Assembly: GCA_038150305.1 (NCBI GenBank)
Contig: JAYOTG010000001.1
Span: 97,286-161,285 of the forward strand
DNA from: Candidatus Poseidoniales archaeon
GTDB lineage: Archaea > Thermoplasmatota > Poseidoniia > Poseidoniales > Poseidoniaceae
DNA: 64,000 bases
Direction: 5' to 3'
Part shown: one piece after another, positions 10,366-18,665 of the stretch
Position numbering within the stretch: the stretch's first letter is position 1
Layout of the letters: every line of letters begins with the position of its first letter
Position numbers and translations under genes: made by a program
Notes under the pieces: generated by a model
The model's database searches: none
Told to the model about the DNA's origin: nothing
The model's input: only the letters and a program-made list of their open reading frames with translations

Positions 10366-10737
10366 TCACGCGGTCAGCGCTTCGGCCACGGACCAACCGC
10401 ACCATGCCAAGAGTGGACAACCCAGGAGCGTGGTGAACACGTATCCGAAGGCCAGGACACGCTCACCGCCGTCAACCAAGCGCAGCACCTCGACCGCGAA
10501 CGTGGACATCGTCGTGAAGGCACCGAGCAGGCCGGTCCCCAAGGCAAGGGCCTGTTCCCTGCTGAGCACCGCTTCGGCCAGGAGGACGGTCATGGCGCCA
10601 AGCAGGAGCGAGCCGAGAAGGTTCACACCGAGCGTGCCCCAAGGCACCCCTTCTGCGTCGGGTGAAGGCGCGACGCTCCATCGAAGCACGGCGCCGCATG
10701 CACCACCCACCGCCACGAGGATCACGGGGGCGACCAT
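10366..10737 (-). CDS. crcB: Fluoride efflux channel FluC/CrcB
   Basis: VGGA.GA.LRW, PWGTL.VNLLGS and G.LGAFTTMSTF signatures. Confidence 0.92.
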   Translation of the reverse strand: MVAPVILVAVGGACGAVLRWSVAPSPDAEGVPWGTLGVNLLGSLLLGAMTVLLAEAVLSREQALALGTGLLGAFTTMSTFAVEVLRLVDGGERVLAFGYVFTTLLGCPLLAWCGWSVAEALTA

Positions 10738-10810
10738 GCCTCTGCGATGAACCGACCAAGCATCAAGCCTCGTGCCGCTTTGTTGAAGGTGGAGGCTTTG
10801 ATGGCCCAGC

Positions 10811-11461
10811 ATGGCCCGCATCCACTTCCTAACCGGGAACGAAGGAAAACTTGCCGAAGCTGTGCACCACTTGGCGCCCCTCGGACATGAGGTCGTGCAC
10901 CTTTCCGTGGACGGCATTGTTGAGCCTCAAGCCGAGGATTTGGACACCGTTGCTCGCTCAAAACTTGAGCAAGCCAATGCCCACCTCCCCAACCCAAACG
11001 ATTGGTTGTTGGTCGAAGACGCTGGCCTGTTCGTCGAAGCCCTGGACGGGTTTCCTGGCGTCTACTCGTCCTACGCGCTCAGTACCTTGGGCAACCATGG
11101 CCTGCTCCGCCTGCTGGATCACCTGCACAGCGAAGATCTCCATGTGGAGGCGGGCTTGCGCCGTGCAGAATTCAAGGCCGTGGCCGCCTTGATGACGCCT
11201 GAGGGCGTCTTCATCGGCGAGGGCTCGTGCGTCGGTCGCATCGCTCCCGCCGTGGACGGTGAGGGCGGATTCGGATTCGATCCGGTGTTCATTCCTAGGG
11301 ACCTTGACCTCGCGGGCGAGCCCACCGAAATCGGCGTGCAGGGTGAGGTGTCCACACACGGTCGCACCTTCGCAGCCGTGGACATGGATCTGAAAGGGAA
11401 CTTCAGCCACCGAACCCGCGCGTTGAAGGATCTGCTGACCCAACTCGGCCCTGCCGAGTGA
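10811..11461 (+). CDS. rdgB: Non-canonical purine NTP pyrophosphatase (RdgB/HAM1)
   Basis: TGN.GK..E, EDAGL.V.AL.GFPGVYS, GFGFDPVF and K..SHR motifs. Confidence 0.92.
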   Translation: MARIHFLTGNEGKLAEAVHHLAPLGHEVVHLSVDGIVEPQAEDLDTVARSKLEQANAHLPNPNDWLLVEDAGLFVEALDGFPGVYSSYALSTLGNHGLLRLLDHLHSEDLHVEAGLRRAEFKAVAALMTPEGVFIGEGSCVGRIAPAVDGEGGFGFDPVFIPRDLDLAGEPTEIGVQGEVSTHGRTFAAVDMDLKGNFSHRTRALKDLLTQLGPAE

Positions 11462-11508
11462 GCGGCATCAGCGTCATAAGCACAAGCCAACACTGAGGGT
11501 TGAGGCAC

Positions 11509-12417
11509 ATGAGGACACTCCGCATACTCGTGGGGCTTCTGTTCCTCGGGGTGTTGGCCAGTTACCTCCTTTTGGCCGGAGAATTGGTCGAAGAGGCGCA
11601 ATGGGGCACCGTCGGTGCCCTCGGCGTCCTTGGCTTGGCGTGGGTCCGCCTTGGCGGCTCGCCGCGCCCGCAGGCCGTGGTTCAGCCCGCCAAAGCCGCG
11701 GGGGCCTCAGCCGCTCCAGAAGCCGTCTCGGAATCTGCATCGGACGAGGCCTCCGAAACACCGGCACCTGTTCGCGCTGAATCGCCGGCCACCATGGCGG
11801 AACGCAAGCGCATGAAGGTCGCGGCCGCGAAGGCCGCACAAGCTGAAGCCCTCGCCGCTCAGGAAGCCGAAGCGGAGGAGGCTCACGGCCCGGTCATCGA
11901 GGTGGAGGTGGAAGAAGCTCACGTCGCTCAGGAATTTGTGGTTGAGGTGACCGCCGATTCCGTTGAAGACGCCGATATCGCCGTGACCGTCGAGGAGCGC
12001 CGTGAGCGCCATGCGGCGGTTCGCGAGCGCATCGAAGCACGACGCAGAGGCCGCATGGCGGAAATCCGTGCCGCAACGGTGCGCATGTGGGAAGAAGCCG
12101 AAGCACGCGAGGACCTCGTGGCCCTGCTTCGCACGCCAAACCATGGCCTCCACGTCTACGACCTGCCGGAGCATCCAGAGCCAGGCCGACCCTACGGCGC
12201 GACCTTCGTTCGCCTGGACGAGGCCCGCGTGATCAAACTCCGTGTTCCGCTCGACGAAGGCTTCAGCAGCACGACGAACGAGCCGGAGCCGCTCCCCGAA
12301 CTGCCACCCCTCCCCGCTCCTGGTGAATTGCCGCCCCTCGGCGACCTTCCCCCGCTCCCAGATCCCATCGAAGCGCGTTCAGATGCCCTGGCCGCGCTCG
12401 CGCCCAGCGACGACTAA
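11509..12417 (+). CDS. Hypothetical membrane-anchored protein (2 TM, Ala/Glu-rich coiled region, Pro-rich tail)
   Basis: Long ORF with typical codon usage, two N-terminal hydrophobic helices and LPPL repeats at the C-terminus. Confidence 0.65.
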   Translation: MRTLRILVGLLFLGVLASYLLLAGELVEEAQWGTVGALGVLGLAWVRLGGSPRPQAVVQPAKAAGASAAPEAVSESASDEASETPAPVRAESPATMAERKRMKVAAAKAAQAEALAAQEAEAEEAHGPVIEVEVEEAHVAQEFVVEVTADSVEDADIAVTVEERRERHAAVRERIEARRRGRMAEIRAATVRMWEEAEAREDLVALLRTPNHGLHVYDLPEHPEPGRPYGATFVRLDEARVIKLRVPLDEGFSSTTNEPEPLPELPPLPAPGELPPLGDLPPLPDPIEARSDALAALAPSDD

Positions 12418-12524
12418 CTGTCGCCAGGAAAGCTTCTTTTTGTGAAGCGCTGAGGCTTGGCACTCACCTTGCTGCAGTCTGTCCATCCGCTCCGTCCACG
12501 TGCAAGCGTTGGGCGGCCAACAAG

Positions 12525-12557
12525 ACATGATTCAACATGAAAGCTACATGTTTAAAG
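12525..12557 (+). promoter_or_regulatory. Promoter with ACATG repeats and TATA box (TTTAAAG 12551-12557)
   Basis: ACATG at 12525, 12535 and 12546 (10-11 bp spacing, including the inverted pair ACATG-N7-CATGT) directly abuts TTTAAAG. Confidence 0.6.
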
Positions 12558-12579
12558 CCTCTCGCGGCTAGCCTCTACC

Positions 12580-12597
12580 ATGGCACAGCCCATCTGA
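12580..12597 (+). CDS. Putative leaderless uORF (MAQPI*)
   Basis: ATG GCA CAG CCC ATC TGA starts 29 nt after the TATA box, the same spacing as other leaderless starts in this window. Confidence 0.45.
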   Translation: MAQPI

Positions 12598-12599
12598 CC

Positions 12600-12657
12600 C
12601 TCCGATGCCGGATCGAGCCTGCTGGCCACGAGCCAGCTTTGGCCACCGGCATAGGAG
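12600..12657 (+). promoter_or_regulatory. Structured 5' leader hairpin sequestering the Shine-Dalgarno site
   Basis: CTCC-G-ATGCCGG (12600-12611) pairs with CCGGCAT-A-GGAG (12646-12657), and there is an inner stem GCTGGC/GCCAGC. Confidence 0.6.
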
Positions 12658-12668
12658 AAGAACAGATT

Positions 12669-13064
12669 ATGGGAAGCAGAATTGGAAAGAAGGAACGGCG
12701 CGCGCGCCGTTCACGACGCGACGACATGGCCCGTGGTGCCAAGGAACCACAGCACGAGATGACCTACTCCGAGCGGGTCAAAGCCTCCAGCAAAGGCGGA
12801 TCCCTCGGGAAGCGCATGAACGCCAACAAGCGCCGGCACCGGACGCCGACCGTGTCCCATGCCCCGCGCCCCTGCTGCGCGAACGACGCGGCTCGAAAGG
12901 AGGCTACGGCACGGATGCTTGCGGACCTCCGCGACGCCCGCCTCGATCGGAGCTGGGTCAACGGTGCATGGAAGATGCAAGCGCCAACGTGGTTCCTTCG
13001 GAAGCACAAGCGGCACCTCCATCACTTGCCCGACGACGTTCGGGCGAAACTGAACCTGCGCTGA
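12669..13064 (+). CDS. Small highly basic hypothetical protein (131 aa)
   Basis: AGGAGA SD-like site upstream of ATG 12669. The product is Arg/Lys-rich and no family was recognised. Confidence 0.7.
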   Translation: MGSRIGKKERRARRSRRDDMARGAKEPQHEMTYSERVKASSKGGSLGKRMNANKRRHRTPTVSHAPRPCCANDAARKEATARMLADLRDARLDRSWVNGAWKMQAPTWFLRKHKRHLHHLPDDVRAKLNLR

Positions 13065-13101
13065 GGCGCGCGTTCAGGTCGGGACTTGGCGTCCCGTGGC
13101 C

Positions 13102-13133
13102 GCGACCTGAGGTCCTGCGGGGCCTCAGGTCGC
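13102..13133. terminator. Strong GC hairpin between convergent genes
   Basis: GCGACCTGAGGTCC-TGCG-GGGCCTCAGGTCGC forms a 14-bp stem with one G-U pair. Confidence 0.55.
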
Positions 13134-13134
13134 C

Positions 13135-13971
13135 TCATTCATGCGTCCACTTGGGCGTTTCACGGCTCAAGAAAGCCTCGACACCGATGGCGGTGTCGGC
13201 GCTGTCGAACAGGGCTGAGAAGGCGTCCAGCTCGACAATCAACCCGTCGCTCAGCGATGTTTCCATGCTGGCGCGCATCGTGGCTTTGGCCACCTTCATC
13301 GTCGCCGCGGACTTGCTGCCGATGGTGCGGGCGAGCGCCAGCGTGCGCTCCATGACGTCCTCAGCAGGCACCACGTGGTTCACCAATCCGATGCGGTGGG
13401 CTTCCCTTGCGTCGATCATCTCGCCGGTAAACACCAGTTCCATGGCTCGACCAAGACCCACCAAGCGGGCCAAACGCTGGGTCCCCCCACCGCCGGGCAT
13501 GAGACCGAGGTTGATTTCGGGGGTGCCGAAGCTCGAACGGTCGCTGGCGACGCGAAGGTCACAGGCGACCGCCACCTCGCATCCACCGCCAAGGGCGAAG
13601 CCGTCGATCATGGCAATGGTCGGCTTGCTGATGCCCCAGATGGCTTCCCACCCGTTGTCGGCAAAGATGGGGTAAATCTCCTCGCCGCTCTTGCCTGCAA
13701 ACTCCGAGATGTCGGCCCCGGCCACGAAGGCGTTTGGTTTGGGACGACGACCTTCCGGTGCAGGGCCCGGTGCGGCTCCGGTGAAAATGACGCAGCGAAC
13801 GTGGCCCTGCGTTTCAACCTCTTTCGCGTAGGCCTTGATGGCGCTCATCACGTCCTGATTGAGGGCGTTCAGTTTGTCTGGCCGGTTGATGGTGACCAGA
13901 GCGATGACGCCTTCATCGTCGGAATCTGGAGCGACGGGGAGATGTTCGACAAGCAGCACGTCTTCGGCCAT
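13135..13971 (-). CDS. Enoyl-CoA hydratase/isomerase (crotonase)
   Basis: NRP.KLNAL, AFVAGADI, G.ALGGGCE and PE..LG.MPG.GGTQRL motifs. Confidence 0.93.
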   Translation of the reverse strand: MAEDVLLVEHLPVAPDSDDEGVIALVTINRPDKLNALNQDVMSAIKAYAKEVETQGHVRCVIFTGAAPGPAPEGRRPKPNAFVAGADISEFAGKSGEEIYPIFADNGWEAIWGISKPTIAMIDGFALGGGCEVAVACDLRVASDRSSFGTPEINLGLMPGGGGTQRLARLVGLGRAMELVFTGEMIDAREAHRIGLVNHVVPAEDVMERTLALARTIGSKSAATMKVAKATMRASMETSLSDGLIVELDAFSALFDSADTAIGVEAFLSRETPKWTHE

Positions 13972-14057
13972 GCTGCCCCCACGCACCGCCCCCTCAAGAG
14001 CGCACCGACGGCGCCAAGCACGCCGAACGTTCAAGGCGTTCACCTGAAGGCAAGGGC

Positions 14058-16130
14058 GTGGAAGGCGTCTACCTGACGTGGATGATCAGCGCGCTCGCGC
14101 TGGGCGTGGTGCTTCTTCCCGTCTATGCACCGCCATGGAGCCGCTTAACGCTCTCGGGCTTCGTGGATTTCATCCGCCGGTATTGGGTGCACGTCCTCCT
14201 GCTGTTCATGATCTACAACGCCAAGGACTTCCTCGATCAGGTGGATCGAATCCTGATGGCCAACACCAACCTCGACATGACGGCGTGGATTTACGCCATT
14301 GAAGGCGACTTGGTGTTGCGGATACAGGAGGCGTTCGAAGCCAGGTGGTTGTCCATCGCCTTGACCCACTTCTACGTGGCTGGATTCATGTTCATCTGCT
14401 ACGTTTCTGTCTTCTATGTCGCGTACTTTGACGACCGCTGGATGGCCGACCGCATCGTGCTGTCGATCGCGTGGGTCTACATTTTGGCCGTGCCCTTCTA
14501 CCTCTTCTTCAACGTCCGCGTGACAGGAGACGTCATCCCAGGCATGGAGACCATCGCCTACGATTTGACCCCTGAAATCGCGGATTGGTTCCGCCGCATC
14601 GATCCCTTCACCAACGGGATGCCCAGCCTGCACATCGGCATCCCCTTTGTCGTGTGGCTGTGCCTGCTTCGGTACGACGAAGACCGTCGCTGGACACGGT
14701 ACCGCCACACGGTATTGCTCTACACCGTGATCACCGCGTTCACCATCCTGTACCTCGGCATCCACTGGATTTCCGACATCGTCGGAGGCCTGCTCATCGC
14801 GGCAGGAGCAGTAGCCATGACCGAGCGAACTGTGGGCTTCGTCTGGCGCATCGGCGACGAGCGAACCATGAACGCGCGCCTCGCCTCGCTGTTGACGCAG
14901 CCAAAGGTCGCGCTTGGCGCCCTTGTTGCGCCCGTCAAAACACAGCTCAAGCGGTTCCGCACGCCAGGGGCCCGCGAATCACGGTTGGGACTCGGCGTGG
15001 TGCTGTTCCTGGTCCTCTTGGTCGTGACCTACGATTTGACGCACCAAGCGTTGCCGGCCAGCGGCATTGAAGCCCCCGAGGGGGCCGCAGCCGCGGACGG
15101 TTGGGTGGCGACCATGGACAACCGAAGCGGCGTGCATACGGTGGTTCTGAACGACTTGTCAACCCCCGACGTGGTCATCGAGGTCGCGCAACCAAACATG
15201 ACGGAGGGCGACTTGGTCGCGCTTGACGGGAGACACGTGGTGATGGCCAATGCGTCGGTGATCCGGACCGTCCGGACCGACGCCCCACAAACGGTCACCA
15301 TGGAGACACCGATTGAAGCCAAACCGTCCATCCTGACCCTCGCCGACGGACCTCAGGGAACCGTGGTGCTGGCGGTCATCAACGGCACCCTTCACGGGTG
15401 GACGATGCTTGGTGAAGACGCGGTGCTGCCTGCTCAGGCGTCAGGCGTGATCGCGCTGGTCACCAACGGGGCGGAGTTGGCGTGGACCACGGAAGACCAG
15501 CCGCTCGACGTCCGCATGGCTCGCTTGGGGACCAGCGGGGCGTTGACCGTCCCGCTCAACGCCAGTGCTACACCCGAGCAAGAAGCCGAAATGGCCGGCT
15601 GGGGCCTTCCCACAGACGTGGACAACGGGACCGTCATCGATCTTGAACTGAGCCAAACGCATCTTGTGGCCGTGGTGAACGTCAGCACCGTGGACCGCCT
15701 GGTGCTCTACGAGCGCGCGCTGGGCACCATGCATCTCATCGGGGACGGCAAGTACTCTGCCGCCGACCCTGCCCTTGGCGCGGACGTGCTCGCCTACACC
15801 GGATGGGACCACCTCAATCCGATCAACCCCGAAACCAAATACCTCGACAGCGAAATCCATCTTCACGACCTCTCCACCAACCTTACGGAGGTCTTGACCG
15901 CTGACACGCGAGACCAGTGGTCACCAACGGTGCTTGAGGAGCACATCATCTACCTGGAACGAAGCGCGTCCGATGAGACGTCGGTCCGGATTTACAGCCG
16001 AGAAGTGGTGCTCCAGCCGTACTCAAATGCCGTGCTTCAAGTCGGTCTGATGGTCATGCTCGCGTTGACCTTCGCCTACGTGGTTCAGATTCAACAGGAA
16101 GCGCGCGGACGGCGCACTGAGGAAGAATGA
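14058..16130 (+). CDS. PAP2/Aur1-like (inositol-phosphorylceramide synthase-like) membrane phosphotransferase fused to an extracellular beta-rich domain
   Basis: NGMPSLH and YLGIHWISD PAP2 motifs in a multi-TM N-terminal half, then a beta-propeller-like region and a C-terminal TM. Confidence 0.75.
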   Translation: MEGVYLTWMISALALGVVLLPVYAPPWSRLTLSGFVDFIRRYWVHVLLLFMIYNAKDFLDQVDRILMANTNLDMTAWIYAIEGDLVLRIQEAFEARWLSIALTHFYVAGFMFICYVSVFYVAYFDDRWMADRIVLSIAWVYILAVPFYLFFNVRVTGDVIPGMETIAYDLTPEIADWFRRIDPFTNGMPSLHIGIPFVVWLCLLRYDEDRRWTRYRHTVLLYTVITAFTILYLGIHWISDIVGGLLIAAGAVAMTERTVGFVWRIGDERTMNARLASLLTQPKVALGALVAPVKTQLKRFRTPGARESRLGLGVVLFLVLLVVTYDLTHQALPASGIEAPEGAAAADGWVATMDNRSGVHTVVLNDLSTPDVVIEVAQPNMTEGDLVALDGRHVVMANASVIRTVRTDAPQTVTMETPIEAKPSILTLADGPQGTVVLAVINGTLHGWTMLGEDAVLPAQASGVIALVTNGAELAWTTEDQPLDVRMARLGTSGALTVPLNASATPEQEAEMAGWGLPTDVDNGTVIDLELSQTHLVAVVNVSTVDRLVLYERALGTMHLIGDGKYSAADPALGADVLAYTGWDHLNPINPETKYLDSEIHLHDLSTNLTEVLTADTRDQWSPTVLEEHIIYLERSASDETSVRIYSREVVLQPYSNAVLQVGLMVMLALTFAYVVQIQQEARGRRTEEE

Positions 16131-16133
16131 GCC

Positions 16134-16802
16134 TCAACCGTGGTAGCGTACACGGCTTCGGACCTGAGACAAGCGGTCCAAAACGTCCGCCGCTGACGGG
16201 ACCATCCCGCCCGGTGCTTCGGTCTGTCCTGCATGCTCGGAGTCAAGGTATCCCGCTTCGAGGGCGGCCATGGCACCTGGACGGTCTGGGTGACTGGCAC
16301 CGAGCACCTCGTCCAACACGTGAAGGTCGATGCCGTAGCGCTCGAGGTCGTACTCGATGGACGCAAGACCGAAATCGATGAGCACCACACTTCCATCCTC
16401 GCGGATCATGATGTTGTTCGTGGACAGGTCGCCATGCGTCACCGCCTGTGCGTGAAGGTGACGAACCGCTCCTCCGACCGCGTGCAACAAGGGCTCGACA
16501 TCGGAAACCGATGCATCACGGAGCACCTCGATGAGCGGGCGTCCCTCGACGTGCTCCAGCACAAGACGATCTTCATCCACGTCCGCGTCCAGCAGCGCTG
16601 GAACGGGCAAACCCGAGCGATGGAGGCGCAGGAGGATTCGAGCCTCGGCCAGCATGCGTTGGCGCCCAAGGCGCTCGTCGAGGTCAGGATGGCGCCATCC
16701 TCGGGCTCGACGCTGCTTCATGACCGCTGGAAGTCCAAGCCATGTGCCCGCGGTCACCTCGGCTTCCGCGCCGAGGTGCAGACGAGCCTCTGGCTCGAAC
16801 AC
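16134..16802 (-). CDS. bud32: KEOPS complex kinase/ATPase Bud32
   Basis: GAEA, K.R....RHP.LD, HGDL.T.NI, IDFGL and DL.VL motifs. Start set at GTG 16802. Confidence 0.9.
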   Translation of the reverse strand: MFEPEARLHLGAEAEVTAGTWLGLPAVMKQRRARGWRHPDLDERLGRQRMLAEARILLRLHRSGLPVPALLDADVDEDRLVLEHVEGRPLIEVLRDASVSDVEPLLHAVGGAVRHLHAQAVTHGDLSTNNIMIREDGSVVLIDFGLASIEYDLERYGIDLHVLDEVLGASHPDRPGAMAALEAGYLDSEHAGQTEAPGGMVPSAADVLDRLSQVRSRVRYHG

Positions 16803-16806
16803 CGGC

Positions 16807-17163
16807 TCACCACGCTCCGTGGACGTAGGGCTTGCCGCCGTCCGGGTCCTGGCGGTTGGCGAGGGCCCACAAGCGCTCAAAGCGGTAAATGCCGGAGCTG
16901 CAGCCTGAGTCTTCCCAATCGAAGGTGAGCGCGTAATTGCCGACCGTCCGGACCGTTGGTTTGGTCGGAGGCAAGGCTTCCACTTGACGGCGGAGCGTCT
17001 TGCTCGTCTCGTCGTCGTTTCGGGATGGGGCGCACTTTGCGCAAGGGCAAGCGTGGCGGAGGTCGTCGTACGAGACGGTGAATTCCGAACCGTCATCATA
17101 GGTCAGGTGGAGGTCCACCTGGCGGCGCTCAAGGCGGGTCAGGGTCGGCATCGCTTCGCTCAC
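16807..17163 (-). CDS. DUF971 / GBBH-like N-terminal domain protein
   Basis: LR.ACPCA.C, VGNYAL.F.W.D and G.SSGIY..E.L motifs. GAGGTG SD lies 7 nt before GTG 17163. Confidence 0.85.
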   Translation of the reverse strand: MSEAMPTLTRLERRQVDLHLTYDDGSEFTVSYDDLRHACPCAKCAPSRNDDETSKTLRRQVEALPPTKPTVRTVGNYALTFDWEDSGCSSGIYRFERLWALANRQDPDGGKPYVHGAW

Positions 17164-17174
17164 GAAGGCTCACC

Positions 17175-18182
17175 TCACACGATTTCGAGGCCCGTTCCAC
17201 CGGACTGACCGATCTGGGCTTGAATGGCCGCAACCACGTCAGCGAAAGCGACGGACGCGGCGCCTTCAGGGTCGCTGACGATGCGGTGCACCCCATCGTC
17301 TCCCCCGCGCACGAAACCGGGGTCAAAGGGCAACGCGCCGAGGAAGGGGATGCCGAATTCTTCGGCGGTCGCCGCGCCACCGCCTTGCTTGAACAGGTCG
17401 AGGGTCACTTGGAAGGCACCGTCATCGTCGGCGGTGGCGCTGTGGGTTCGACCGCCGGGTCCCGCGATCTGAACCTCGGTGCCCGCGGGCGCGCGTCCAT
17501 GCAGGGTGTACCCGCTCATGTTCTCGACCACGCCAAGCACCGGGACCTTGAGCGACTCCGCGAAGCCGATGGACTTGCGGCTGTCGAGCAGGGCCACGTC
17601 CTGCGGCGTGGTCACGATGACCATGCCGTCAATGTCCGGCAGGGACTGCGCCACCGTCAGCGGCTCGTCAGACGTGCCCGGCGGGAAATCGATGACGAGG
17701 TAATCGAGGTCGCCCCACTCCACGTCGCCAATGAACTGCTGAATCGCGCCGAGCTTGATGGGGCCGCGCCACACCACGGGGGTGTCGTCGTCGTCCAGCA
17801 GGAAAGCCATCGAGATGACCTTCACGCCGAGGTGGCCTTGGGCGGGATGGATGCGCCCTTCTTCGACGTGGAGGCGTCGGCCGTCAAGTCCCATCATTTT
17901 GGGCACGTTTGGACCGGTGATGTCGATGTCGAGGATGCCCACCTTGTGCCCTTGCTGAGCCAAGGAGAGGGCCAATCCGGTGGAGACGGTGGACTTCCCA
18001 ACGCCGCCTTTCCCCGAGAGCACCATGATCTTGTGTTTGATGCGCTTCCCGAGGGACTGCATGGCCATCTTGCGCTTCATTTGCGCGTAAGCCTGTTCCA
18101 TCTGGCGCTGTTCCTGAGGCGAGGGCCCGTCGGGAGCGGGGCCATCGCTTGGCGTGTGGGTGGACACAGGGGAGCCTGCCAT
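17175..18182 (-). CDS. Mrp/NBP35 (ApbC) family P-loop ATPase, cysteine-free variant
   Basis: [34 protein letters not shown] and ENMS motifs. Confidence 0.92.
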   Translation of the reverse strand: MAGSPVSTHTPSDGPAPDGPSPQEQRQMEQAYAQMKRKMAMQSLGKRIKHKIMVLSGKGGVGKSTVSTGLALSLAQQGHKVGILDIDITGPNVPKMMGLDGRRLHVEEGRIHPAQGHLGVKVISMAFLLDDDDTPVVWRGPIKLGAIQQFIGDVEWGDLDYLVIDFPPGTSDEPLTVAQSLPDIDGMVIVTTPQDVALLDSRKSIGFAESLKVPVLGVVENMSGYTLHGRAPAGTEVQIAGPGGRTHSATADDDGAFQVTLDLFKQGGGAATAEEFGIPFLGALPFDPGFVRGGDDGVHRIVSDPEGAASVAFADVVAAIQAQIGQSGGTGLEIV

Positions 18183-18284
18183 GGCGTTCCATCGAGGGGG
18201 GTCTTTTCAATTCACGCTCAACCCAAGCGCCCGTGTTTTGCCCACAACAGAGCCCTTCAAATGGTGTGAAGGAGGTGTCCTTCC

Positions 18285-18665
18285 ATGCACCTTGCCTTTG
18301 TCTGTGTGGGCAACTCCTGTCGCTCCCAATTGGCGGAAGCCATCGCTCGTTCGATGGGGTTCGAGGCCTCGAGTGCGGGCACCCATCCGGCCTCGGCCGT
18401 GGCGGAACATGCGCTCACGGTCCTGAACAATCGCGGCATCGACGCGTCAGGCTTGCATCCAAAAGGCATCGAGGCCGTGGACGCGAAGGCTGCTGACATG
18501 ATCATCTCGATGGGCTGTGGAGTCTCTTGTCCAGCGCTGCCCATTACCGAAGACTGGGGGCTTGACGACCCGGTTGGCGGGCCGTTGTCCCTGTACGAAG
18601 CGACCGCCGACGAGATCACGCGGCGCCTTGAGGCGATCCGCGAGGCTCACTCTTCTTCGTCCTGA
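18285..18665 (+). CDS. arsC: Low-molecular-weight phosphatase / thioredoxin-type arsenate reductase
   Basis: FVCVGNSCRSQLAE, SAGT, GC..CP and W.LDDP motifs. Confidence 0.85.
   Translation: MHLAFVCVGNSCRSQLAEAIARSMGFEASSAGTHPASAVAEHALTVLNNRGIDASGLHPKGIEAVDAKAADMIISMGCGVSCPALPITEDWGLDDPVGGPLSLYEATADEITRRLEAIREAHSSSS

Noticed and set aside
10738-10810. Possible fluoride riboswitch upstream of crcB
   Set aside because: No GGCGATGG...TGATG-type consensus or pseudoknot was found. The 73-bp gap is a compact divergent promoter.
12605-13675. 356-aa + strand ORF starting in the leader hairpin, a possible +1 frameshift product of the uORF
   Set aside because: It overlaps the basic ORF and the antisense crotonase gene, its composition is typical of off-frame GC sequence, and there is no convincing slippery site.
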